64,000 nucleotides of DNA from the NCBI GenBank assembly GCA_036004685.1, contig DASYRE010000026.1:45772-109771 (forward strand). The letters are read 5' to 3'. Of this stretch, positions 46,105-60,050 are shown in pieces. The stretch's first letter is position 1. The number at the start of each line of letters is the position of its first letter. The position numbers and the translations under genes are program-made. The DNA comes from Candidatus Polarisedimenticolia bacterium. Lineage in GTDB: Bacteria > Acidobacteriota > Polarisedimenticolia > Gp22-AA2 > AA152. The notes under the pieces were generated by a model. It searched no databases and had not been told where the DNA came from. It saw only the letters and a program-made list of their open reading frames with translations.

Positions 46105-46810
46105 AGGGATCAGCAAAGCCTATCGCGGACGCCCGGTGGTCCGGGCGGTTTCACTCTCCATCCAGAGCGGAGAGGTCGTCGGGCTCCTGGGCCCGAACGG
46201 CGCGGGCAAGACGACCACCTTCTATTGCATCCTCGGGCTGGTCACGCCGGACGAAGGGAAGATCCTCCTCAACGGCCACGACATCACGCGCCTCCCGATG
46301 TACCTCCGCGCCCGCGAGGGGATCAGCTACCTGCCCCAGGAAGCGAGCATCTTTCGGAAGATGACGGTCGAGGAGAACCTGATGGCCATCCTGGAGACGC
46401 TCGATCTCAGCTCCGGAGAGCTCAAGGAGCGGGCCCGGAACATCCTGGAGGAGCTGAAGATCTCGCACCTGGCCCGTTCTCCGGCCTACGCGCTTTCGGG
46501 AGGCGAGAGGCGCCGCGCCGAAATCGCGCGGGCGCTCGTCCTGTCGCCGTCCTTCATCCTGCTCGACGAGCCCTTCTCGGGAATCGATCCCCTCGCCGTG
46601 GCGGACATCCAGCGGATCATCCAGCAGCTCCGGCAGAAGGGGATCGGCATCCTGATCACCGATCACAACGTCATCGAGACGCTGCGCATCACCGATCGCG
46701 CCTACATCATCGCCGCCGGCGAGATCTTCCGGAAGGGCGTGCCCGACGAGCTCGCCGCCGACGCCCGCGTGCGGGAGATCTACCTGGGCGACAACTTCCG
46801 GCTGAACTGA
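46082..46810 (+). CDS. lptB: LPS export ABC transporter ATP-binding protein LptB
   Basis: Nearly collinear with E. coli LptB (GLLGPNGAGKTTTFY, LSGGERRR, ILLDEPF). TTG starts possible at 46082 or 46094. Confidence 0.85.
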   Translation: MNRRLDIEGISKAYRGRPVVRAVSLSIQSGEVVGLLGPNGAGKTTTFYCILGLVTPDEGKILLNGHDITRLPMYLRAREGISYLPQEASIFRKMTVEENLMAILETLDLSSGELKERARNILEELKISHLARSPAYALSGGERRRAEIARALVLSPSFILLDEPFSGIDPLAVADIQRIIQQLRQKGIGILITDHNVIETLRITDRAYIIAAGEIFRKGVPDELAADARVREIYLGDNFRLN

Positions 46811-46818
46811 GGAGCGCG

Positions 46819-48264
46819 ATGGCCCTCGAACAGAAGCTCAACATGCGGCTGGCGACGAAGCTGGTGATGACGCCGTCGCTGCAGCAGGCCATCAAACTGC
46901 TCCAGATGTCGAAGCTGGAGCTGGTGGAGGAGATCAATCAGGAGCTCACGCTCAACCCGGTGCTCGAGGAGGCGGGCGAGACCCGCGAGGAGCAGGCCCC
47001 CGAGCCGGAGGTCCGCACCGACGATCCCGGCCCGGCCCCCGAGCCCGCCCCGGACGGCGTGAAGGACTCCTTTCAGGAGATCGACTACCAGTCCTACTTC
47101 CAGGACTACATGGACGCCGGTTATTCGCCACGCGCCCCGACCGAGGAGATCGAGGCGCCGCCGCTGGAGAACATCCTCACCCGCCCGCAGAGCCTGTCCG
47201 ACCACCTGCTCTGGCAGCTGTCGATGAACGTGCCGGACGGGCTCGAGCAGGAGATCGGGCGGGCGATCATCGGGAATCTGGACGAGAACGGCTACCTCAA
47301 AGCCTCCCTGGAGGAAATCGAGTCCATGGGGAGCTTTCCTCCCGAGAAGGTGGCCGAAGTGCTCGCGAAGATCCAGGAATTCGATCCCACCGGGGTGGCC
47401 GCGCGGGATCTCCAGGAATGCCTTCTGATCCAGATTCGCGCCTTCGACATGGAGGAGACGCCCCAGGAGACGATCATCCGCGATCACATGGATCTTCTCC
47501 AGGGCCGCAAGTTCCGGGAGCTCGCCCAGGCGCTCAAGTGCTCTCCCGAGGAGGTCCAGGAGTACCTGGAGATCATCCGCGCCCTCGACCCGCGTCCTGG
47601 GAAGCGTTACGATTCCGATCGTTCCACGTACGTGATCCCCGACGTGTTCGTGTACAAGGTGGACAAGGGTTACACCATCGTCCTGAACGAAGAAGGGCTG
47701 CCGCGGCTCCGGGTGAGCTCGTTCTACCGCCGGATGGTCGACAAGGGGAACACGGACGTCACGCGCGAAGCCCGCGACTACGTGCGGGAGAAGCTCAGCT
47801 CCGCGCTGCGGCTGATCAAGAGCCTGGAGGAGCGGCAGCGAACGATCTACAAGGTCGCCCGCAGCATCGTGAGCTTCCAGCGGAAGTTCCTGGACTACGG
47901 GTTCGAATACCTGCGGCCGCTGATTCTCAAGGACGTGGCCGAAGACATCCAGATGCATGAATCCACCGTGAGTCGGGTCGTGAACAACAAGTACATGCAC
48001 ACCCCGCGCGGCGTCTTCGAGATGAGGTTCTTCTTCCACTCCGGCATCGCCTCCGCCCAGGGCGAGGACGTCTCCTCGCTGACGGTGAAGGAGAGGATCA
48101 AGAAGCTGGTGTCGGAGGAGAACGCCGGCCGCCCTCTTTCCGATTCGGCGCTGGCGAAGCTGCTCGGCGACGAAGGACTGCAGATCGCGCGCCGGACTGT
48201 GGCGAAGTACCGTGAAGAGCTGCGGATCCCATCCTCGAACGACCGCCGTCAGGGCTTTCGTTGA
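46819..48264 (+). CDS. rpoN: RNA polymerase sigma-54 factor
   Basis: Region I (MALEQKLNMRLATKLVMTPSLQQAIKLLQMS), acidic region II, and RpoN box ARRTVAKYRE at the C-terminus. Confidence 0.9.
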   Translation: MALEQKLNMRLATKLVMTPSLQQAIKLLQMSKLELVEEINQELTLNPVLEEAGETREEQAPEPEVRTDDPGPAPEPAPDGVKDSFQEIDYQSYFQDYMDAGYSPRAPTEEIEAPPLENILTRPQSLSDHLLWQLSMNVPDGLEQEIGRAIIGNLDENGYLKASLEEIESMGSFPPEKVAEVLAKIQEFDPTGVAARDLQECLLIQIRAFDMEETPQETIIRDHMDLLQGRKFRELAQALKCSPEEVQEYLEIIRALDPRPGKRYDSDRSTYVIPDVFVYKVDKGYTIVLNEEGLPRLRVSSFYRRMVDKGNTDVTREARDYVREKLSSALRLIKSLEERQRTIYKVARSIVSFQRKFLDYGFEYLRPLILKDVAEDIQMHESTVSRVVNNKYMHTPRGVFEMRFFFHSGIASAQGEDVSSLTVKERIKKLVSEENAGRPLSDSALAKLLGDEGLQIARRTVAKYREELRIPSSNDRRQGFR

Positions 48265-48278
48265 AGCGTGGAGAAGCC

Positions 48279-48812
48279 ATGAGAATCCACATGACGGGAA
48301 GGCAGATCGAAGTGACTCAGGCGCTCAAGCAGGCGGCCGAGGCGCGGCTGTCCCGCCTCGAGAAGTATCTGGACGGCGGCAGCGAAGCGCACGTGATCCT
48401 GACGGTCGAAAAGCGCCGTCACCGCGTCGAGATCGTGGTCCACGACCGGCATGCGACGCTCTCCGCGGTCGGGGAGACCAAGGACATGTACACGTCGCTG
48501 AGCCTGGTCGGGGATCGCCTCGAACGCCAGGCGAAGAAGCACCGCGAGAAAATCAAGGGCGAGAGGAAGCGGGACGGTAAGCGGACCTCGCCGCGCCGCC
48601 TCCAGACGCCGGCGCCGGAGAGCGCCGACGGCCCGCAGGTGATCCGGGTCAGCGTCCGGCCGGTGAAGCCGATGTCGATCGAGGAGGCGCTCCTCCAGGT
48701 GCGCGGCACGGAGAAGGAGTTCCTGGTCTTCCGCAACGCCTCGTCCCGCCAGATCTCGGTCCTCTACCGGAGGAAGGACGGGAATTACGGGCTGATCGAG
48801 CCGGAGGCCTGA
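48279..48812 (+). CDS. hpf: ribosome hibernation promoting factor (long form)
   Basis: MRIHMTGRQIEVTQALK... YfiA/HPF N-domain plus a C-terminal dimerisation domain. RBS GGAGAAG. Confidence 0.85.
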   Translation: MRIHMTGRQIEVTQALKQAAEARLSRLEKYLDGGSEAHVILTVEKRRHRVEIVVHDRHATLSAVGETKDMYTSLSLVGDRLERQAKKHREKIKGERKRDGKRTSPRRLQTPAPESADGPQVIRVSVRPVKPMSIEEALLQVRGTEKEFLVFRNASSRQISVLYRRKDGNYGLIEPEA

Positions 48813-48847
48813 GCCGCGCGCCGGCCGGACTCCTTCCCGAGCCCCGG

Positions 48848-48877
48848 TTGACACTGATTCCGGGCCGTTGCTATGCT
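48848..48877 (+). promoter_or_regulatory. sigma70-type promoter upstream of acyl-CoA dehydrogenase/mutase cluster: TTGACA-N17/18-(C)TATGCT
   Basis: -35 TTGACA at 48848-48853. -10 CTATGC/TATGCT at 48871-48877. Followed by a ~130-nt GC-rich leader before ATG 49010. Confidence 0.45.
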
Positions 48878-49009
48878 CCCCGCCTCCGCCTGAAAGGCAT
48901 CGAGTTCCCCGCGGCTTCGGTCGGGCCGCCCGGAGAAGGCGCTCTCATCGCGGCCAAGCCGCCCGGCGACCGGACCGCCGCGACGTAACCGCCGCTGAGG
49001 AAGAAGAAA

Positions 49010-50152
<1,143 letters not shown>

Positions 50153-50160
50153 GCCTCCGA

Positions 50161-51309
50161 ATGGACTTCTCGCTCACCGAGGAGCAGGCCCTCATCCGGG
50201 ACACCGTCCGGGATTTCGTCGCGTCGGAGGTCCTGCCGGCGGCCGGCGAGATGGATCGCGAGTGCCGGTTCCCCTCGGAAGCGATCGCCAGGATGTCGGA
50301 GCTCGGGCTGCTCGGCATGGCCATCCCGGAGGCCTACGGCGGCTCGGGCCTGAACAGCCTCTCCATGGCGGTGGCGGTGGAGGAGCTGGCGAGGGGCTCG
50401 GCGTCCCTGGCCGTGACGGTGAGCGTGAGCAATTCCGTCTGCGCCGGGCCGATCGCGCGCTACGGGACCGAAGCGCAGCGACGCCTCTATCTCCCGCGGC
50501 TCGCCAGCGGGGAGATCCTGGGGGGCTTTTCCCTCACCGAGCCCGATTCCGGATCCGACGCCGCCCATCTGCGGACCCGGGCCGAGCGGGACGGAGACTT
50601 CTACCTCCTGACGGGCGACAAGGCGTGGGTCACGAACGTCCAGGTCGGCCGCCTGTTCGTGGTCCTGGCGGCGACCGACCCGGCGCAGGGCTCCCGCGGC
50701 ATCACGGCGTTCCTGGTCGAGCGGGATTTCCCGGGCTTCTCCTTCGGCAAGGTGGAGGACAAGATGGGACTGCGCTCCTCCCTGACCGGGGGGATTGAGC
50801 TGCAGGAATGCCGCGTGCCGGCGGCGAACCGGCTCGGGGAGGAGGGGCAGGGCTTCAAGATCGCCATGACGACGCTCGACGGCGCGCGCATCGGCATCGG
50901 CGCCCAGGCGGTGGGGATCGCCCGCGGCTGCCTGGAGGACTCGATCGCCTTCGCGCGGCAGCGCCGGGCTTTCGGAAAGTCGATCGCCGAGTTCCAGGCC
51001 ATCCAGTTCATGCTCGCCGACATGCGCACCGCCATCGACTCCGCCCGCCTTCTGGTCCATCGGGCGGCATGGCTGAAGGATCACCAGCGCGAGCCCTTCA
51101 GCCGGGAAGCGTCGATGGCCAAGCTCTTCGCCACGGAGATGGTGAACCGCGTCGCCTACGACGCGGTCCAGATCCACGGAGCCTACGGCTATTCGCGGGA
51201 ATATCCGGTCGAGCGCTATTTCCGCGACGCCCGCGTGACCACCATCTATGAAGGCACTTCGGAGATCCAGCGGCTGGTAATCGCGCGCAAGCTGCTGGAA
51301 GCGGTATGA
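50161..51309 (+). CDS. acyl-CoA dehydrogenase
   Basis: 382 aa ACAD paralog ([18 protein letters not shown]). ATG 50161 chosen in the long track ORF. Confidence 0.85.
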   Translation: MDFSLTEEQALIRDTVRDFVASEVLPAAGEMDRECRFPSEAIARMSELGLLGMAIPEAYGGSGLNSLSMAVAVEELARGSASLAVTVSVSNSVCAGPIARYGTEAQRRLYLPRLASGEILGGFSLTEPDSGSDAAHLRTRAERDGDFYLLTGDKAWVTNVQVGRLFVVLAATDPAQGSRGITAFLVERDFPGFSFGKVEDKMGLRSSLTGGIELQECRVPAANRLGEEGQGFKIAMTTLDGARIGIGAQAVGIARGCLEDSIAFARQRRAFGKSIAEFQAIQFMLADMRTAIDSARLLVHRAAWLKDHQREPFSREASMAKLFATEMVNRVAYDAVQIHGAYGYSREYPVERYFRDARVTTIYEGTSEIQRLVIARKLLEAV

Positions 51310-51322
51310 CCCGGGAGGGACC

Positions 51323-53005
51323 ATGAAGCGAGACTCCGGCGTCCTGACGCCCCGCCGCACCCGCCGGGAATGGGAGACCGAGACGCTCCGCGACTCCCTG
51401 AAGAGATCCCCGGAGAGGAAGCCGGCGTTCACGACGATTTCCGGCGTGCCGATCGAGCGCCTGTACACCGCCGAGGACCTGGAGCATTGGGATCCGGAGG
51501 AGAAGCTCGGACAGCCCGGCGTTTTTCCCTTCACGCGCGGGCCCTACCCGACGATGTACCGCGGCAGGCTCTGGACTATGCGGCAGTTCTCCGGCTTCGG
51601 GACCCCCCAGGACACGAACCGGCGCTACCGCTACCTGCTCTCGCACGGACAGACCGGACTCTCGGTCGCTTTCGACATGCCGACCCTGATGGGCCTGGAC
51701 TCGGACGATCCCCGCTCCCTCGGCGAGGTGGGACGGGAGGGGGTGGCGATCGACACCCTCTCCGACATGGAGGCGCTGTTCGCGGCCATTCCGCTGGCGC
51801 GCGTCTCCACCTCGATGACCATCAACGCGCCCGCCGCGGTCCTGCTGGCGATGTACCTGGCGGTCGCCAAGAAGCAGGGAGCCGACTGGGGAGCGCTCCA
51901 AGGGACCGTCCAGAACGACATCCTGAAGGAATACATCGCCCAGAAGGAGTGGATTTTTCCCCCGCGCCCGTCGATCCGGATCATCGTGGACATGATCGCC
52001 TTCTGCACCGAACGGGTGCCCAAATGGAACACGATCTCGATCAGCGGGTACCACATCCGGGAGGCCGGCTCCACCGCGGCCCAGGAGCTGGCCTTCACCC
52101 TGGCCGACGGAATCGGATACGTCCAGGCCTGCCGCGAGGCGGGACTCGCCGTCGACTCGTTCGCGCCGCGCCTGTCATTCTTCTGGAACGCCCACTCCGA
52201 CTTCTTCGAGGAGATCGCCAAGTACCGCGCCGCGCGCCGCATCTGGGCGAACGTGATGCGGGACCGCTTCGGCGCGAAGGATCCACGCTCCTGGACGCTC
52301 AGGACCCACGCGCAGACGGCGGGGTGCTCGCTCACCGCCCAGCAGCCGCAGAACAACATCGTGCGGGTGGCGCTCCAGGCGCTCTCGGCAGTCCTCGGAG
52401 GCACGCAGTCGCTGCACACCAACTCCATGGACGAGACGCTGGGGCTGCCCACCGAGCAGGCCGTGACGATCGCCTTGAGGACGCAGCAGATCCTCGCCGA
52501 GGAGACGGGCGTGGCGAACACCATCGATCCTCTCGCCGGGTCCTACTTCATGGAGTCCCTCACCGATCGGATCGAGCGGGAGGCGCTGGATCTGATCGCC
52601 ACGATCGACGGCATGGGAGGAATCGTCGCGGCGATCGAGCAGGGATTTCCACAGCGCGAGATCGCCGAGGCTTCCTTCCGCTATCAGCGCGAGCTGGAGC
52701 GGGGCGAGAAGGTCATGGTGGGAGTGAACCGGTACACCGAGGGCGCCGCCTCCGACATCGAAATCCTGAAGATCCCGCCCTCCGTGGAGCCCCGCCAGAT
52801 TCGCGCTCTCCAAAGCGTCCGCAAGAGGCGCGACGGGCGCCCGCATCGCCGGGCGCTCGCGGCCCTGGTGGAGGCTGCCCGGGGCGGCACGAACCTGCTC
52901 CCTCCGATCCTGGACGCCGTCGAGGCCTATGCGTCGGTCGGCGAGATCTGTGCCGCGCTCAAGGGCGTCTTCGGGGCGTATCGCGAGGAAAAAACCTACT
53001 TCTGA
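51323..53005 (+). CDS. acyl-CoA mutase large (substrate-binding) subunit, split type; signature residues suggest isobutyryl-CoA mutase IcmA
   Basis: MCM-family TIM-barrel domain ([10 protein letters not shown]...LSVAFDMPT...). Phe in RQFSGF and Gln in [11 protein letters not shown] sit at the positions that are Tyr/Arg in methylmalonyl-CoA mutases and Phe/Gln in ICM (residue identities recalled from memory). Confidence 0.8.
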   Translation: MKRDSGVLTPRRTRREWETETLRDSLKRSPERKPAFTTISGVPIERLYTAEDLEHWDPEEKLGQPGVFPFTRGPYPTMYRGRLWTMRQFSGFGTPQDTNRRYRYLLSHGQTGLSVAFDMPTLMGLDSDDPRSLGEVGREGVAIDTLSDMEALFAAIPLARVSTSMTINAPAAVLLAMYLAVAKKQGADWGALQGTVQNDILKEYIAQKEWIFPPRPSIRIIVDMIAFCTERVPKWNTISISGYHIREAGSTAAQELAFTLADGIGYVQACREAGLAVDSFAPRLSFFWNAHSDFFEEIAKYRAARRIWANVMRDRFGAKDPRSWTLRTHAQTAGCSLTAQQPQNNIVRVALQALSAVLGGTQSLHTNSMDETLGLPTEQAVTIALRTQQILAEETGVANTIDPLAGSYFMESLTDRIEREALDLIATIDGMGGIVAAIEQGFPQREIAEASFRYQRELERGEKVMVGVNRYTEGAASDIEILKIPPSVEPRQIRALQSVRKRRDGRPHRRALAALVEAARGGTNLLPPILDAVEAYASVGEICAALKGVFGAYREEKTYF

Positions 53006-53016
53006 AGGACTCGGAC

Positions 53017-53526
53017 ATGACCGAAAGCGCGCCGCGGCCGGGCAAGCTGCGGCTCCTGGTCGGCAAGGTGGGCCTGGATGGACACGATCGAGGGGTGAAG
53101 ATCATCGCCCGCGCCTTGCGCGACGCGGGACATGAAGTGATCTACACGGGCCTGCACCAGACGCCGGAAATGGTGGTGGCGACGGCCGTCCAGGAGGACG
53201 TGGACGCCGTTTCCCTGAGCATTCTCAGCGGCGCCCACAAGACGCTCTTTCCGCGCGTGATCGATCTCCTGAGGAAGGCCCGGTTCCCGGTTCCCGTCTT
53301 CGGCGGCGGAATCATCCCGGAGGAGGATTTCGCGTTTCTGAAACGGCGCGGCGTCAAGGCGATCTTCACGCCCGGGGCCTCGACTCAGGAGGTGCTCGAC
53401 TGGGTTGCCCGTAACATCCAGCCGCGCGCTTCCACGCCCGCCCCCGGCGCGCCGCCCCGCGCGCCGCGCAAAAAAAGAGGGAAAGGCCCGGCGCGGGCGG
53501 GATCACCCAAGCGCGGCCGGCCCTGA
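53017..53526 (+). CDS. acyl-CoA mutase small cobalamin-binding subunit
   Basis: B12-binding Rossmann domain with DxHxxG ([13 protein letters not shown]). Basic low-complexity C-terminal tail. ATG 53017 chosen within the track ORF. Confidence 0.8.
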   Translation: MTESAPRPGKLRLLVGKVGLDGHDRGVKIIARALRDAGHEVIYTGLHQTPEMVVATAVQEDVDAVSLSILSGAHKTLFPRVIDLLRKARFPVPVFGGGIIPEEDFAFLKRRGVKAIFTPGASTQEVLDWVARNIQPRASTPAPGAPPRAPRKKRGKGPARAGSPKRGRP

Positions 53527-53552
53527 GGCCCGCCACGGCGCCCCTCCGCGCC

Positions 53553-53582
53553 TTGACACCATCGAAACTCATCTGCTAAGTT
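53553..53582 (+). promoter_or_regulatory. sigma70-type promoter upstream of receiver gene: TTGACA-N17-CTAAGT(T)
   Basis: -35 TTGACA at 53553-53558. -10 CTAAGT/TAAGTT at 53576-53582. Palindrome GAGCCGGCTC at 53583-53592 sits at the predicted transcription start. Confidence 0.45.
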
Positions 53583-53663
53583 GAGCCGGCTCAAGACGAA
53601 GGCCGCCGGCTGCCTCGTCTCGCCAGCCGCACGGCGCCGCGGAACCTACGCCCGGGAGAACCC

Positions 53664-54806
53664 ATGCCAAAGAAGATCCTCCTCGCGGACGACAGCATCA
53701 CCATCCAAAAGGTCGTGGAGCTGACCTTCTCGGAAGGGGATTATCAGGTTTTCAGCGTCGGAAACGGCAGCCAGGCGCTGCGCAAGATCCACGAGGTCCG
53801 GCCCGACATCGCCCTTCTCGACGTGATCATGCCGGAGGCCAACGGCTACGAAGTCTGTGAAAAGGTGAAGCGGAACCCGGAGACCTCCTGGATCCCCGTG
53901 CTTCTCCTCACCGGAACGTTCGAGCCCTTCGATCGGAAGCGCGCCGACGCCGCGGGGGCGAACGGGCACCTGACGAAGCCTTTCGAGTCCCAGATGCTGA
54001 TCTCGAAAGTGGAGGAGCTGATCGCCAGCTCCCGCCATCCCATCATCGAGCCGCAGAGACTGGGCCGGATGGAGATCGTCGCCGGAGGAATCACGCGCCT
54101 GGAGGGGGAGGATCCATCGATGGCCGAGGAACGGCAGCGCGAGGCCGATCCCCGCGAAGTTCCTGCCCGCGAAGCCGATCCTACCCGCGAAGCCCATGAT
54201 CCCCGCCAAGTCGAGGCTGCCCGCGAACTCGAGGCTGAAAGTGCCCGCGAAGTCGAGGATGACGAAGAGGTCGAGCTGACCCGCCAGAGCATCGTGCCGG
54301 ACCGCTTCGACATTGGGAGCGACGAGACGAGCCCCGCAGCCGAGGGTCCCCGGACGGTGCGCATCTCCTCGCCATGGAGAGGGGCCGCCCCGGAGGCCGC
54401 TCCCCCGCAGGATCCCGTCGCGGAAAGCGCCCCGGAAGGCACGCCCGAGACCTGGGACGAGCTGGCGAGCGATCTCGCCACGGCCTCCGTCTCGGAGTTC
54501 CCGCGCGAATCCTCGCGGCCGGAAGCCGTCACACCTCTCGTCCCTCTCTCCGGAAGCGCGGTCCCCGTGCCTTCCTCCGAGGCGCCTGCCCGCGGGGAAT
54601 CCGCGGCTCCCGGGGAGCCGGCCGAGCGCGTCGCTCCGCTTCCTTTGACGAGCGACGAGATGGATCGCCTCGCGGCGAGAATCTTGCAGCAGATGTCGGA
54701 CAAGGTGATTCGCGAGATCGCCTGGGAGATCATTCCCGAGCTGGCCGAGAGCCTGATCAAGCAGCGCATTCGCGAGCTCGAGGAGAAGATCGCCCGGGAG
54801 AACTGA
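53664..54806 (+). CDS. CheY-like response regulator receiver domain protein with long acidic/Pro-rich disordered C-terminal extension
   Basis: Receiver motifs (LLADDS, phospho-acceptor D in LLDVIMP, ...LTKPF). The 250-aa tail has EADPREVPAREADPTREAHDPRQVEAARELEAE repeats. Confidence 0.75.
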   Translation: MPKKILLADDSITIQKVVELTFSEGDYQVFSVGNGSQALRKIHEVRPDIALLDVIMPEANGYEVCEKVKRNPETSWIPVLLLTGTFEPFDRKRADAAGANGHLTKPFESQMLISKVEELIASSRHPIIEPQRLGRMEIVAGGITRLEGEDPSMAEERQREADPREVPAREADPTREAHDPRQVEAARELEAESAREVEDDEEVELTRQSIVPDRFDIGSDETSPAAEGPRTVRISSPWRGAAPEAAPPQDPVAESAPEGTPETWDELASDLATASVSEFPRESSRPEAVTPLVPLSGSAVPVPSSEAPARGESAAPGEPAERVAPLPLTSDEMDRLAARILQQMSDKVIREIAWEIIPELAESLIKQRIRELEEKIAREN

Positions 54807-54837
54807 GCGATCCTTCGGTCCCGCCGGCGCCGACGGA

Positions 54838-54866
54838 AGTAGGCCGAGGCCTACTTTCTTTTTTTT
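54838..54866 (+). terminator. rho-independent terminator
   Basis: Stem AGTAGGC / GCCTACT with loop CGAG (54838-54855) followed by TTTCTTTTTTTT. Confidence 0.7.
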
Positions 54867-54932
54867 ACGCCGGGGAAAGACCCGGCTCTCCGATGCCCCC
54901 TCGCCGGCGCGCCCGGGGGAGGGGGAATCCCG

Positions 54933-57610
<2,678 letters not shown>

Positions 57611-57614
<4 letters not shown>

Positions 57615-58483
57615 GCCTCGTGGGCTCCAGACGCCCGAGGCTCCGGCAGGCCGATTGCCTGAGGGAAGTGCGCCGGGCGCTCGCTGAGGACATCCGATCC
57701 GGAGATCGGACCACTCGACGCGTCGTCCCCCCGGCCACCCGGGGCCGCGCCGTCCTCCGGGCCAAGGAGGGGATGGTGCTGGCCGGGCTGCCGTGCGCGC
57801 GGCTCGCTTTCCGGCTGGTCGACCCGGCGCTCCGGTTCACCGCCCTGCGTCCGGAGGGCGCCCGGCTCGCGCGGGGCGATGCGATCGCCCGCGTCGCGGG
57901 AAGGGCCCGTTCGATTCTCACCGCCGAAAGGACCGCGCTCAACTTCCTCCAGCACCTGTCGGGAATTGCGACTTACACGGCCGATTGCGTGGCCCGCGCG
58001 GCCGGACGCTGCTCGATCCGGGACACCCGGAAAACGACGCCGGGACTCCGCCTCCTGGAGAAGTACGCGGTCCGGGTCGGAGGGGGAGAGAACCATCGCC
58101 TGGGCCTGGACGACGGGATCCTGATCAAGCACAACCATTGGCGGGTCGCCGGCGGGGTTCGGGCGGCCGTGCGGCGGGCACGCCGGAAGAGCGGCGCGGG
58201 CCGAGGTCTTCCCGTGCAGGTCGAGGTGTCGACGCTTTCGGATCTCCGCGAGGCCATCGCGGCGGGCGCCGATTCCGTGCTTCTGGACAACCTCGCTCCG
58301 GCCCGACTTCGCCGCGCTCTGAAGGTCGCCTCGGGAAGAACCTTCATCGAGATCTCGGGAGGCATTCGCCGCGACAACCTGGAGCGCGTCGCGCGGCTTC
58401 GTCCCGGCGCGGTTTCGCTCGGGGCGCTCACGCATTCCTCGCGCTGGGTCGATCTTTCCCTGTCGCTGGAGCCGTTGCCTTGA
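57611..58483 (+). CDS. nadC: nicotinate-nucleotide pyrophosphorylase [carboxylating]
   Basis: QAPRTase fold (ERTALNFLQHLSGIATYTA..., TRKTTPGLR). GTG 57611 overlaps the valS stop. Confidence 0.8.
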
Positions 58484-59280
58484 GGCACGCCCCCTTTGAC
58501 GTGGAGTCGCTGGCCGGGCTGCTCCGCCGGCGGCGGCTCGGGAATCGCGTCGCCTATTTCGAAAGACTCGAATCGACCAACGATCGAGCCCTGGAAATGG
58601 GAGACGCGGGCCATCCCGAGGGGCTCCTCGTCCTCTCGGAGGAGCAGGTCCGAGGGCGCGGGAGGCGGGGGCGCGCCTGGTCCTCGCCGCCGCGGCGCGG
58701 CATCTACGCGAGCCTGCTTCTCCGCCCCCGTCTGGAAGCGCCCCGGCTGCCCCGCGTCGGCTTCGCGGCCGCGGTCGGGATCGCCCGGTCGCTGACGGGC
58801 GCGACGGGGCGGCGCGTCGAGATCAAGTGGCCGAATGATCTCGTGCTGAGCGGCAGGAAGCTGGGAGGCATCCTCTCGGAGAGCCGCGGCAGCGAGCCGT
58901 TTCTGGTCGTCGGGCTCGGCGTCAACGTCAACCAGGACCGCCAGGACTTTCCGCCGGAGATCCGGCGGGAAGCGACGTCCCTTCGTCTCGACGCGGGCCG
59001 GTTCTGGGATCGGACCGCCCTGCTGGCGCAGATCCTCGAAGGATTCGAAGCCGAGTACCTGCACCTTCTCGAGCTCGCCGGAGACTACCCTCTGGCGCGC
59101 TGGGAGGAGTATTCTTCGCTGCAGGACGGCACGGCGGTCACCGTGAGTCTAGACGGAGAGAGCCTCCGCGGAGTCTATCGCGGCGTCACGGGTGACGGGG
59201 AGATGCGCCTGGAAACGGAGTCCCACGCCGTCCGCCGGATCGCCTATGGCGACGTGCGCCAGGTTCGGAGCGAAGCATGA
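58480..59280 (+). CDS. birA: biotin--[acetyl-CoA-carboxylase] ligase, class I (no HTH)
   Basis: BPL catalytic core GRGRRGRAWSSP and KWPNDL motifs. TTG 58480 overlaps the nadC stop. Confidence 0.8.
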   Translation: MRHAPFDVESLAGLLRRRRLGNRVAYFERLESTNDRALEMGDAGHPEGLLVLSEEQVRGRGRRGRAWSSPPRRGIYASLLLRPRLEAPRLPRVGFAAAVGIARSLTGATGRRVEIKWPNDLVLSGRKLGGILSESRGSEPFLVVGLGVNVNQDRQDFPPEIRREATSLRLDAGRFWDRTALLAQILEGFEAEYLHLLELAGDYPLARWEEYSSLQDGTAVTVSLDGESLRGVYRGVTGDGEMRLETESHAVRRIAYGDVRQVRSEA

Positions 59281-60050
59281 GGATCCTGCTGGCCGTGGAC
59301 GTCGGCAACACGAACACCGACCTGGGCGCGTTCGACGGGGAAAAGCTGCTGGGACGCTGGTCGCTCTCCACCGATCGGGCGAGAACGGTGGACGAATACG
59401 GGATCGCGCTGCGCAGCCTGCTCGCGGCGCACCGGCTCGACCCCGCGGCGGTGCGCGACATGATCGTGGCCTCCGTCGTCCCACCGATGGAATCGATCCT
59501 CGAGACGGTGGCGGGCCGATACCTCGGCCTCACCCCGCTTTTCGTGGCCCCCGGGATCAAGACGGGGATGGCGATCCTGGTCGACAATCCGCTGGAGGTC
59601 GGGGCCGACCGGATCGTCAACGGAGTCGCCGCCTACAGCCGTTTCCACGAGGCGGTCATCGTCGTCGACTTCGGCACGGCGACCACGTTCGATGCCATCA
59701 GCGCCCGGGGCGATTACCTCGGCGGGGCGATCGCCCCGGGGCTCGGCATCTCGTCGCAGGCGTTGTTCGAAGCCACCGCCAAGCTCCCGCGCATCGACCT
59801 CCGCCGTCCCGCGAAGGCGATCGGCAAGACGACGGTGAGCAGCATGCAATCGGGGATCTTCTTCGGCTATCTCGGGCTGGTGCGCGAAATCCTCGGGCAG
59901 ATCCGCGCCGAGATGGGCGGCGCCCCGCGCGTCATCGCGACGGGCGGCTTGAGCCCGCTTCTCGAGCCGGAGCTCTCCTCGTGGGTGGACGAAGTGGATC
60001 CCAATCTGACCCTCACCGGGCTGCGCATCCTCCACGAGAGGAATCGTTGA
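59277..60050 (+). CDS. coaX: type III pantothenate kinase
   Basis: MRILLAVDVGNTNTDLG, GTATTFD, and the ATGGL motif near the C-terminus. ATG overlaps the birA stop (ATGA). Confidence 0.85.
   Translation: MRILLAVDVGNTNTDLGAFDGEKLLGRWSLSTDRARTVDEYGIALRSLLAAHRLDPAAVRDMIVASVVPPMESILETVAGRYLGLTPLFVAPGIKTGMAILVDNPLEVGADRIVNGVAAYSRFHEAVIVVDFGTATTFDAISARGDYLGGAIAPGLGISSQALFEATAKLPRIDLRRPAKAIGKTTVSSMQSGIFFGYLGLVREILGQIRAEMGGAPRVIATGGLSPLLEPELSSWVDEVDPNLTLTGLRILHERNR

Noticed and set aside
39491-46116. Minus-strand ORFs 39491..40894, 41247..42491, 41900..43402, 43773..44483, 44098..46116
   Set aside because: Each lies antisense to a well-supported plus-strand gene (sigma factor, thiolase, hbd, crt, lptC/A) and shows no motifs.
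46225-48264. 679-aa plus-strand ORF
   Set aside because: The N-terminal 198 aa are the lptB region in another frame. The real rpoN starts at ATG 46819.
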